The position numbers and the translations under genes were made by a program. The notes beneath the pieces are model-generated. The model did no database searches and had not been told where the DNA came from. It was given only the letters and a program-made list of their open reading frames with translations. DNA of 63,999 bases, the filler included, from Porpidia crustulata (taxonomy: Eukaryota): NCBI GenBank assembly GCA_964255105.1. It is 10 parts of 10 records of this genome, joined end to end, with 100 filler letters (N's around TTAATTAATTAA, not from the genome) between each part and the next. Parts side by side here need not be neighbours in the genome. Positions count along the whole stretch, not along the records: positions 6,500 to 12,891 come from CAXUWE010001555.1; positions 12,992 to 19,382 come from CAXUWE010001556.1; positions 19,483 to 25,873 come from CAXUWE010001557.1; 7 more parts are not named here. One strand, written 5' to 3'. The first letter of the stretch is position 1. Every line of letters starts with the position of its first letter. This document shows, piece after piece, positions 10,687-21,721 of the stretch.

Positions 10687-12492
10687 ATGTCAGGCTCCGG
10701 TTATGCTCCTGGATACTCATGGGTGGGACCACCGACGCAGTTCAATGGGACGAATACCCTCACCGGTGGTGATTCATGTAAGATATTCCACTTTCGCTTC
10801 TCAACTACTGTCTCGAGGATTACAATTACGATGAAAACCATTAGAGTTGACTGAGAACTTTGCTGATCATGGAACATAGCGGTGGAAAACTTGAATCAAT
10901 GGTTCTCGTCTGGCGACCAAGCCTACATCATCGTGGCTTCGGCCATGGTGGTGGTCATGATACCTGGTCTCGGCTTTCTCTACTCTGGTCTTGCGCGAAG
11001 AAAGTCCGCTCTGAGTATGATCTGGGCTTGCATGAGCTCTTTCTCCATCATCACGTTTCAATGGTATTTCTGGGGGTATTCGTTGGCATTCTCAGCCCAG
11101 GGCACGAGCGGATTCATCGGTGATCTTACACATTTCGGCCTCAGGAACACTCTTGGTGCACCCAGCCCTGGTTCCCCTTTGATTCCCGAGTTGCTGTACA
11201 GCTTTTATCAGGTATGTGATACAACACCGATGTTTTAATTTATTCCTGCTTACCCATACCTATAGATGCAATTCTGCGCTACAACTGCCGCTATTGTCTC
11301 TGGCGCTATCGCTGAGCGAGGCCGGCTTCTGCCTATGATGGTATTTCTCTTCTTCTGGGCCACACTGGTCTATTGCCCGATCGCATGCTGGGCGTGGAAT
11401 ATCAATGGATGGGGCTTCAAGTACGGGGTTATGGACTATGCTGGCGGAGGGCCTGTCGAAATTGGCTCAGGCATGTCCGCGCTGGCGTACTCCATGGTGC
11501 TCGGAAAACGCCAAGAGAAAATGATGATCAATTTCCGTCCCCACAATGTATCGCTGATTGTTCTTGGTACGACATTTCTGTGGTTCGGCTGGCTCGGTTT
11601 CAACGGAGGATCCTCTTTCGGTGCCAATCTACGAGCCGTCATGGCTTGTTGGAATTCGAATTTGACTGCAATGTTTGCCGCAGCGACCTGGACTATTCTC
11701 GACTGGAGACTTGCACGAAAATGGTCAATGGTCGGTTGGTGTTCGGGAGCCATTTCTGGACTCGTTGCCGCTACTCCTGCGTCTGGGTACATTACCCCGT
11801 GGGGATCTGTTGTTTTGGGTGTCGTCACCGGAGTCGTATGCAATTATGCGACCAAAAGTATGTCCATTATCCTAGCACCTTTAAATTCCCTTTTCGTTAT
11901 TAACACTTGAGTAGTCAAATACTGGATCCGCATTGACGACTCTCTCGATGTTTTCGCCGAACATGGTGTAGCCGGCATGCTCGGTCTGATTGCAAACGCT
12001 CTCTTCGGCGCTACGTACATTATTGGTCTTGACGGCGTCAACACCGGCGTCATTCTTGGCGGCTGGGTCAGTCACCGATATAAGCAGCTGTACATCCAAC
12101 TTGCCTACGTCGTTGCCGCAACTGGCTACGCATTTGTCATGTCCGCCATCATCGCGTACCTCATCAACTTTATCCCCGGCCTGCACTTGCGGGCTTCGGA
12201 AGAAGCCGAGTTACTCGGCATGGATGATGACCAACTAGGAGAATTCGCATACGATTACGTTGAGGTCCGACGTGACTACCTAGCATGGACACCTGCGAAG
12301 ACCGAGCCGCACGGCGCAGAGCCAGACATCGCACCTCATCAACGGCATGGCATCGGCGCTCACGGAGACATGTTGATGGGCAAGGAACCCAGCGAAGGGA
12401 GCAGCAATGGAAACGAACACACCGGCATCGCTGGAGACAGGCACGGTGTTATGGCAGAGAAAGTGGAGCATGAGAAGCAGCACACAACTTAG
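10687..12492 (+). CDS. meaA: Ammonium transporter, Amt/Mep family, MeaA-like
   Basis: Exons 10687-10777, 10880-11211, 11266-11857, 11915-12492; motifs PGLGFLYSGL, DYAGGGPVEIGSG, WFGWLGFNGGS, DDSLDVFAEHGVAG. Confidence 0.93.
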
Positions 12493-12891
12493 GGATCTCT
12501 GTTGGTGGTACGGTCGTGTGTGTTAAGGGTCAGACAGTGTGGGATAGGATCTGGATTCGAAGCCTGTAAGCAGCTTCAGAATAGTATATAGCTTCAGGTG
12601 GTGTTTCTTCTAGGGTTGTGAAATTGTTGTTAGACTCAAATCTTAGGAACTAAGTGGTCAAGAATATATTATAATTGGGAGAACGTGCGGTGTGATGGCG
12701 AAAATGGAAAAGGGGGAATGATATTTGGCGTCGGTGATGGAGCCGGAGAAACGAGCTACAAGTGGGCCAAAATGCAAAAAATATCGAAAGCCACCTCACG
12801 AGCATCCACATCCGAGACTTATAAATAAAGAAAAGCAAGAAAGAGTCACATCCTTTTCCGACCTCGCTCCGCGCTCCCCCATCACCTATCC

Positions 12892-12991
12892 NNNNNNNNN
12901 NNNNNNNNNNNNNNNNNNNNNNNNNNNNNNNNNNNTTAATTAATTAANNNNNNNNNNNNNNNNNNNNNNNNNNNNNNNNNNNNNNNNNNNN
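12892..12991. other. Artificial contig linker
   Basis: 44 N + TTAATTAATTAA + 44 N. Confidence 0.99.
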
Positions 12992-14900
12992 GTATTATAG
13001 GCTTAGTCTAGTCAATTGATATAGTTCACTACGACCCCTCACACTTTCTCGTGATAGTGTCTTGAAGGATTTTATCTTCCATTTGATATAAGTAATATAT
13101 ATCAACAGATACGATACATCCATCCTCTCTCGAGATCTGGCGTTCTGTCAATTCGACGTGATCCGCTTGCTACTCCTTTATCACGTACAGAGTCTCTCTT
13201 GCGACTCTTCTAAATAGAGTGTGATAATGGCACTCAATTTATAAATATAGCCTTGCTCGTTGATTTTTTCTCTCCAAATCTATATCTTTAGCGACCTAGA
13301 CTTCGCGTCTCGGGTTCGAATATGCCGTTTAGGACGAATATGGCTGCTTAAGGAGAGGTTCGTAGCAGCCGGTGTTGAGCGTTGCTGCGGATGATCAATT
13401 CTGCTTCACTCGGAAACGCTGCAAACTAGGTAGTCTGCAGTATATCTAATTATTCCGCTCTATACATAGTTGGGGAAGCTTCTGTCATAAAAGTTGTGAC
13501 TGTTATTTTCCTAATATTGCTTATGTAGTTTGTAGTGGATGATACTTACTCGGGCAGCGGCTAAACGACGACTCAGTTGCAGAATTCTCGCAGGAAACTT
13601 TTGTCCTTGTCTCTCTCGTCACACGTCGAGTAAGAATAGTAATCTGGGAGAAAATGTGATAAGAGGATGAAGATAGCGATATCCGAGATTCGTAGCATCA
13701 GATGGATAGATTTAGACAACTTCTGTAGCCAATCTTTCAGCCCAGTAGAATCTCAGACCTCTATATGAAGGTGTTTGCCTTGATTCTTAGTCTTCTTGTT
13801 GAAACCAAATTCTGCAGTATATATTTCCATCGAGCTGTATGACGTCCCGTAGGACATCTAGCATTCTTATTTCCAAGCTACTAAGAAGAAAGTCTCACGG
13901 AAGCCGGTCAAAGTTCAAGACAGCGATCATTAACATGGCTTAATCCGTAAGCTGGAGACATCAATCTTGGAGCATTCAACTTACTTTATTCAACCGCTCA
14001 CTCATACCCATTTTCCTTCTCTGCAGTGAAGTCTTCTTTTCTTCGGTCTCTGAATTTAGCAATCCAAAGATGCGCTCCACATGTTCTTACCTAGCCCCAA
14101 TGATTTTTCTTAAGACCGGATTCATTGAATTTCAGCATTCAGCTCATGGATCCTCGTAAGTATAAGGTAAATCTGAGTTCAGATGTTAGCATGATTGGTA
14201 AGTACAATGCAAGTTAAAGTTGCACCTTATTAACCGATTTCAGGAAGACCACCTTCACGGTAAAGGTAAAATTAGGAAACCTTTTTTCACGATATGGTTC
14301 ACGTACCCATGGATCACTTCCGATAGAATGTTGAATTTCTTCTTGCCGGTCTCATTCCCGCTGATATGTAGCCAGTGTAGCTGTGGTGGGTGTTTTGATG
14401 GTGTGAGTAGATCACTACTAGTGAGCCAAGAAGGAAGAAATTTCTCCAGACGGGTGTGAATAGAAGATATGATGACACAACTTGTATCTTTGGATTTCGA
14501 TTCCAGGCTTTGCCTATGGACTGTGAGCTTTAAGATCTAAACACCAGATGGAACAGTACTGATATAGTCACTTAAGTAATAGCTTAATATTCCAGGAAGA
14601 ATTGGATTTGGCGAAGCTCACTTTATTGTCCTGTGCCTCTAATTAAAAGGCCTTTAGCCTCTGCTCTAACCAGTGATGACGGCCGAAAGTCCGGGTATAG
14701 ACAACTCTGAGCTCCATTGCGTTCGAGAAGTGTATAAAATAGTCATTACTTGCTTATCCAGAACTACCACATAGCAGCTCGAGCTGAGGGATAGTAATGG
14801 TGATCGCTCATGGCGAACGAGATTATATGGAAGCTGAATTCTTTAAAGCATGGGTGGTCGGAAAGCTAGAGCTGTCAATCTCACTGAATGAAGTATGAAA
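12992..14900. other. ORF-poor, stop-riddled relic DNA (degenerate gene or transposon)
   Basis: Only one ORF over 60 aa in ~1.9 kb; a minus-strand frame at ~13045-13325 reads like protein interrupted by TAG/TAA; origin not identifiable. Confidence 0.3.
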
Positions 14901-15389
14901 GTTAAACATGGACGTTTGGGTAGGAGCAATAGGAAAATAAAGCCCCTTACGCTAGTGACAATCTAGAATAATCGCCCTAATCATTGAAAAAAGGCATCGC
15001 TTAGATCATGACAAGGCTCAAGCCTACGAGAGCGCTTAAAAAAAAGGAAGGAAAAAGAGGGTGAGATCTGGTTTAGGACGGAATATCGAGTGTATTTATC
15101 TGGATCTTGAAGGTAAGCATGAATGACAAACACGGGAAATCCATGGGAGTTCATGGATTCGTGAAGAATCAACATGTTCAATTCGAGAAAGAGGCATCGA
15201 CATGTCACGTGGTACGATATAATCGAGAACAAATATAAGACTGCATGACCAGCGAGAGTGACGTGAAAGGCCAAGAAAGAAGACAGCGATATTCGAATTT
15301 AACGAGCTGGATCGTCATCCTGTACCTTTGCCGACTCTTAGATGCTAGTAGGCATAGCTCCTAACGCTGTATCCGTTCGTCGCTTCCAT

Positions 15390-15575
15390 TCACCCTCTAC
15401 CTCCGTTTCTGCTCTTCGCAAACGCTTCCCTCTCTCTTCTCTTCCGCTCTGTCGCTCTGTAAGCGTCGGCTGTTCTGGGATTCGGGGGGTAGGCGATGTA
15501 ATTTTTCTTGTCGTAGGCGCGGCAATTCTCGAGGTTATTGAGATCGTCAGGGTCCTTGGAGGGTGAGCAACCCAT
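15390..15575 (-). CDS. Candidate 61-aa microprotein with N-terminal MGCxxSK acylation motif
   Basis: MGCSPSK start; TATAAG on the minus strand ~70 nt upstream. Confidence 0.35.
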   Translation of the reverse strand: MGCSPSKDPDDLNNLENCRAYDKKNYIAYPPNPRTADAYRATERKRREREAFAKSRNGGRG

Positions 15576-17089
15576 TACGGCTGGTATAAGCAGGTGGAGG
15601 ATTTAAGACGGGGGGACTGATCTGGCTAGGTGGAGGAAGACTTATAGATCTTAGATAAATTGAGCGGGATGCGTTCTGAGAGGGATGCATTTTTCCAGAG
15701 GGCCAAAGTTTTGATGGGTAGCGTTTTCATCGAGAATTTGCAACCAAAGTATTATGTACCGCTCACAGAAGGACAAAGACGCGACTGACGGTGCATGGCG
15801 AAAGAAAATGCAAGCAGCACTAAGAAAACGGGATTGAGATTATTCGGACTGAATAGACAAAGGACCAATAACTTTCGTACGCATTCGACGCGCGTGGTTA
15901 GATGATTTGAGGAAGCGAACAAAGAGGAGTAAGGAAATATTAAAAAATACGGAGATGAATATGTTACAAACCGAGAAGCGACAACATTTCTGCAAAACTG
16001 TATGGCGTCAGTACCCAGGTGTATGGGTAGAGATAATAAAATTCGTTCTCAACTATCCGGGGTGTTTGTAGATTGATGGAAGGACATAATTCCACGATCC
16101 TCATCGAGGTAAGCTATGTGAATATTATCAATTCGGTGAGCCAGTAATGTAGGAGCTATTTAGGCACCCAGGGTAAGCGTAGAAACAGAGAGTCATTGAA
16201 CCTCGATTCTACCATGGATAAGAACCCAAAATCGAGGATTCCCCATTTCTTGCTGTAGGACTTAGGAGTAGCGAATTTTCGTCAAAAGTTCCAGTACCGT
16301 TAACCCGTTCTCCATCGTGAGCCTGTTGCTGAAACGATAGGGCGGAAGACTCTTTTTCTTCTTCTCGGAGCAAGCTGCGCGAATACCCTCATCCGGCGCG
16401 AGAGCATCACGACCCACCACGCCACACTCTGCGCAAATTTCACGTGATAGCAATGCGCTTGAATAAAAGTGTGGATACGAAGCTGAGCTGGACAGATTGC
16501 GACAAGGTACTCCAAGGCGAACAGGTAATAGAAAGGAACCTTGGCCAATAGCATATTTAGTCCCACTGAACCAGGACCGTGTCGTCATGCGATAGACCAA
16601 AAGGTGCTCATGCTACTATCGAATATTCAACAGCCTTGATATTGATCAATGACTTAGTAGTTGAGAATTATCGTAAAGATACCTGATTTGAGATTTGTTG
16701 GTGGAGTATCAGACGTCGTTGGTCCTTGCCAGTCGCTCCTCCCTAGTCATCGGCAAGCGGCTCGGCGATTATATCTAAAGATCCTGAACGCCCCCCGTGC
16801 CCCACTCATAAATAAGTTGACGCTCTCATACCAGCGTCAACTCATATTTGTTGGTATTCAAGCCCCACAACAGTCACAAATGGCGGTAATTCAGTGACAT
16901 ATATCCCCTACATTTGGTGCGCCACACGCATGAGACATCACCTCCCGTCCTTAGATCCGAACTCGGAACCTCGAAGCATATACTCGTTAATTGAACTCTC
17001 TGAAAAGCGTTGCAGGAAACGTTGCTGACTCCGTACGGTCGTTGGAGAGGGTTCACGGCTGCTCGGGACCGGTGTTCCCACCTTCTAAA

Positions 17090-17501
17090 ATGTCCTGGTT
17101 CTCTATCCTCCCAGCTCATTTGACCATTATAGAGACATGGATCATACGGTTTTTCGTGAGCTCATGGATATGGCCTGTGTTACTAGATTACTTACACATC
17201 ACAGCTCCTACTCGGTCTTATGACGATAGGGCCGTGGCTACTATTCATCGTTTACGATGTCCTTCTCTATTTCGTCCGGGCTGTCACGTACGAAATCCCA
17301 TACATCGGCGGAAGAGCCCAAGGTCGGCAGAGGCCTCGAGCACCAACATTAGCAGAAAGACCAAACGGGCGCGCTCGAACATTCAGTATTGGAGGGCCAA
17401 TAACCAGTGGTAGCGATACCGACGAGTTCCAGGTTGTACGGCTAAGATCTCGAAACACACTCCCCTCTGATGATAGCAATGCCATCGCCGAAGAAGAATG
17501 A
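17090..17501 (+). CDS. Small fungal membrane protein (~120 aa), unknown function
   Basis: Exons 17090-17155 and 17205-17501; MSWFSILP...ETWIIRFF|LLLGLMTIGPWLLFIVYD...GGRAQGRQRPRAPTLAERP. Confidence 0.8.
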
Positions 17502-18418
17502 GACCCAAGGTCCTATCTCGGGTAGCAATAGATATGGTCTTTGTCGTTGTGCGAAGCCTCTCATGTGGGATTCGTATCATACACCGCTATGGAGAAGAGG
17601 CGATGATAGCGTAGAGTTTGGCACTAGACATTCGTATTGGATTCTTCTATCACAGGCCAAGGGCAGAATACTTATCTAAGATAATACGCTTACCTGGATC
17701 GCTCAGACACGTATACATGAATAGTCGCGATCGAATCTTGCGACTCAACCCTGGTATTCTGGACCTATCGAATAAGTGGAAAGTTTTCGAAGGATTTTGG
17801 GGAGATAATGACCGCTTTGAGCAGTCAAACAAGGAGCCTCGTATTTGAGTAAGTCAGTAATCTGTGTGTGTGCCCAACTTCCATGACCAGAGACTGTTAA
17901 GCTTACTCGTCTTGACAGGCGTTCCACTACCTTAATTCTCGAAAGGCAACTAATTATCTCGACGGAAACAAAGTCAGGCCAAGATGCTAAGATATTAGGC
18001 CAGTCGTTAGTGTCCAGTGCTCATAGCGGGTTTTCAAATGTAGAAAATGTGTACGAGAGCGCTGCAGGGACCCGGGACATGAACAGATGGTGGAGGAATC
18101 CGCTTCATTAATAGGGCCAAAAACTGCGGTGGCAGCCTTAATTCCGCAGCACAGATTGTGCAATCCTAATAGTATCAAGTTTGAGTTGGGTATTGTGCAA
18201 CAACGCTTGTTTGTCACTATTGCCAGATCATGTTTGTGTGTTGGCATTTCAAGGACATATTTCTCTTCCGCCGAGGTGGACTAATATGCTGAAATGATCA
18301 GAGAAGTGACTCGGGCCACTATTTTAGGACAGCTCATTCATATAACCTCCACCTCCTAGATACACTCGTCGATATCGAATCTTAAGGAAGAATTCAGATA
18401 CCAAGCACTCCTTCAATC

Positions 18419-19358
18419 ATGCTACACTCTCCCACCGGCCCTAGCCCTTGCAGTTCGAAGATGATGTCTGTTCGCCCCCAGTACGATTCTTACAGATCAC
18501 TCCCGGGTACGCCATTGGGAAGCGACCCTCGTATGATTAACCTGGACTTGACCACAGGTTTGGAGCAGGCCCGGTGCGGGCTCTCGCAGGATGGCTACTT
18601 CGATAGCGGACCTCGATGCGGCATGAGCACTACGGGGTCACGATCACCTTACACGAATGATCATGATCTTGAGGGAGATTACAGATACAATTCGTCTTAC
18701 CGCGCTGCTTCACCCCATTGCTCCGAGGTGAACTCGGCTAGTGTCTCCCAGATAGTGTGCCGGTAAGGTGAATGCATCCTGCTGAACTTCAGGACTAATA
18801 AAATGAGATTGTAGGGTTAATTTGGCAGCAACGCTGGCTAATTATGGGGTTCCTCATAATGCGAAATATGCCAAGATCAACCCACATATGACGGATGACG
18901 GTCGATATCCCCAGGAATTTAGTTTTCCGAAGACGGTTGATCAGATGAAGATTCTTGATAGTACGTATCTACCACATTTCACCTTCATTCACTATTCAGC
19001 GAAGCAGAATATACGTATGACCTTCAGTGGTCCTGTATTCAGTGGATCCATACACGGCACTTGTCCATTCAATGCACCATGCGAGAGTGACGAGCGAGCA
19101 AGAATTTCATAAAGTCCCCAGTGCCTAGCTAACCCAAATCCTTCCCCAGACAGCCAACTCGATCGCATCATGCAAGCCTACCGCCTGCCTCTCGACCTGC
19201 GCTCCATCCACCCAGCCGGTCAGTACACCCGAGAATCTATCAGCAGCACACGCGTGCGTCAAGGAAAACTTTACGTTCTACTGGAATATCTGGGGGCGTA
19301 CAAGCTTTTGGAACATGAGAAGTTGAAGAGAGGGGTTTGTAAGGGAGAGTGGAATTGA
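18419..19358 (+). CDS. Hypothetical 3-exon protein (~232 aa); C-terminus resembles Mug135-like small helical domain
   Basis: Exons 18419-18762, 18815-18960, 19150-19358 join in frame; FPKTVDQMKILD|NSQLDRIMQAYRLP...KLYVLLEYLG. Confidence 0.65.
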
Positions 19359-19382
19359 GTGAGATGTGCATGTGGCGGGGGG

Positions 19383-19482
19383 NNNNNNNNNNNNNNNNNN
19401 NNNNNNNNNNNNNNNNNNNNNNNNNNTTAATTAATTAANNNNNNNNNNNNNNNNNNNNNNNNNNNNNNNNNNNNNNNNNNNN
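19383..19482. other. Artificial contig linker
   Basis: 44 N + TTAATTAATTAA + 44 N. Confidence 0.99.
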
Positions 19483-19536
19483 ATGCTTAGGGTTTTCGAA
19501 CTAGGGGTGTAATCGAACTAGGGGTGAATACGAGTA
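19483..19536. mobile_element. Terminal inverted repeat of a pogo/Fot1-like DNA transposon at contig edge
   Basis: Direct repeat TCGAACTAGGGGTG x2 (19496, 19513) then AATACGAG|TA. Confidence 0.55.
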
Positions 19537-19699
19537 CCTACCTTACCTTACCTACCTTCAAGACCTACTCACGAATACCAACCTCCCAGAACCTATATAG
19601 CTCCTACCTACGTATTGACCACTCTACAAAATCATCACCTCATAAAACTTTATGACTTTCCTCGCACACATCTAAAATCCAAAGATCTTAGAAATCGAA

Positions 19700-20146
19700 A
19701 TGGCAGAAAATAATCCCGTGTCAGCACTCCTTCTTATCATCATCACTATTTTCAGTAAGTTGCCTCGAAATACCTCAAGTCCAACGCTGTTGCGCTTTCC
19801 CCGTCCAGTTCCTTTTTTGGGAATTGCTGTGTCTAAAGCTAACCTCAATTACTTGGTAGTCCCTCCTCTTGGCGTCTTCATGATTGCTGGCTGCGGCGCT
19901 GATCTCCTCATTAACATCCTCCTTACATTCCTTGGGTATGTTCCTCCGCTCCTTGACCATAATATTCTAACTGAAAGTTGCAGCTACTTCCCTGGGCATA
20001 TTCACGCATTCTACCTGATTTACGTCTACTTTGAACGCCACGACAGGAGCCGTCTGGGAAACATGGGGGCTGATCGAGCACCGGGAATCTACAGTGATAA
20101 CGTACAGAGTGGAGGCAGGACGAATTATGGTACTGTTGCTACCTAA
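19700..20146 (+). CDS. Pmp3/RCI2 (UPF0057) proteolipid stress peptide, ~97 aa
   Basis: Exons 19700-19754, 19860-19935, 19984-20146; PPLGVF...CGADLLINILLTFLGYFPGHIHAFY. Confidence 0.9.
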   Translation: MAENNPVSALLLIIITIFSKLPRNTSSPTLLRFPRPVPFLGIAVSKANLNYLVVPPLGVFMIAGCGADLLINILLTFLGYVPPLLDHNILTESCSYFPGHIHAFYLIYVYFERHDRSRLGNMGADRAPGIYSDNVQSGGRTNYGTVAT

Positions 20147-21721
20147 AATTAGCGAGAGGCAATGGGGTTACGAGGTTACGACGATCAAAGGGTTTTATGT
20201 CGGAGCAGTGTCTTTGCTCTCCTAGCGTTTACTAGAAATTGATACTCGAAGCTATGCAAGCTTCCTGAGTCGCGCGTGTTATCTTATTTTTTGCGCTAAC
20301 AGCACAGTTGAAGCTTGTAATCGTCCATTTCCCGATTAGCCGCAGCTAAAGGATCTACAATACTGTGGCTATATAACTTACAGTACGACCTTAGCACCGG
20401 TATCCTGTATTGCCAAGTTTCTCTCCTGCCCACACAGCAAGCTATCTGCCCACCTCATCTCCTCATCAATCATCTGCTTGATACCATAATCCAGCCTCAT
20501 ACCAATGTGAACCTTTGATAGTATTTTTAAGGCCCCCGCTACGATCGCTTATGTATCTCGCCACTTTTGCGAACGGTCTGGCGTCACGGCCGGACCTTAG
20601 TGGTCCCCGTGTATGTTAGCTGAGGTGAACACTGCTAATATCTCAAATACTTTAATGGTATGGGAGGAAGTGTATCAAAGAACTGGATGGAGATAGCTAC
20701 ACGCGTTTTGGCTGTCTTCGGGTGAACATGCGGTCTACTAAGGCCCGGACTATCATGGTGTGGTACATTGTCGATGGGCAACAGCTAGTTTTTGGCCCTC
20801 GAGGATGTTTGTCACTACGATTGCCTCATTCGTGGTTCAATGCATCACAGGATCTAATTCGAAAGACACGTCGCCTAGCTGTTGTCGAGATTAACGGAGA
20901 AATAATCGCCCTAAGAATGCGAGACCTCTTCACAGGAACCCATGGCATTCGCAGTCACAACGATTGCTTCCTCCGAAGACGAATTAGTTGAGCTCAACTT
21001 CGCGTTACACGGCATCTATATCCTATCACGCTGTCTAGCAAGTATATCAGATGCACAAGTACTCGTGTAGGAGAGGGCAGTCAATTGCTGCGGGTGTCGA
21101 GGTGAACTCGTCAATCAGTACCCCCGATTCCTTGCATGATACCGACCTCTGGCATGGACCATAAGAGCAATTACAGGTCGACTTTACCATCCAAATTGCT
21201 GGTGCTTGAAAAGAGTCCACCTCCGCAATACGTTGGGGCTGAAGTCAACGTCTACTGGGCGCAAATCACCCACCACATTAGTCTTGCGGTTTCTCTTTGC
21301 TTCTCAAGTTACAATCTTCGCGCTTTCTGTAGATAGACATGCTCGTGTGATGAGATGCGATGGTCATAGGCCTTTACGTCTAATCATAGCTTTCGCAGAC
21401 GAAATAGGCAGGGACTGCCGAGGCAAATCGGGTCGCAAGAGGCTGATTGCAGCGCGCCAACAACGTCGTAAATCAACGTAAGAGGTGGAAAGTAAAAGCA
21501 GAGCGCCGAATCACTTGGAGAGGCGGCCGCATTCTCCTTCGATAAGACGTAGCAGGTAAGCATTGCAAAGACGCCCCACCTGACATCTAAATTCCGACCT
21601 CGTTACCTATGCTAACGCTCTTTGAGCCTCGCTTCGCCTAGCGTTAAATCTTGTAACGGTATTTTTTATTCGACAGGGTATCAAACACCATTATCACCAA
21701 CTAAATGACTGCAGCGATTAC

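Noticed and set aside
12992..13043. Possible LTR 3' end (...CCCCTCACA) at contig start
   Set aside because: Too short, with no second copy or target-site duplication to test.
14681..14950. GAAAGTCCGG resembling an RNase P/MRP conserved region
   Set aside because: No convincing partner motif or P4 pairing found.
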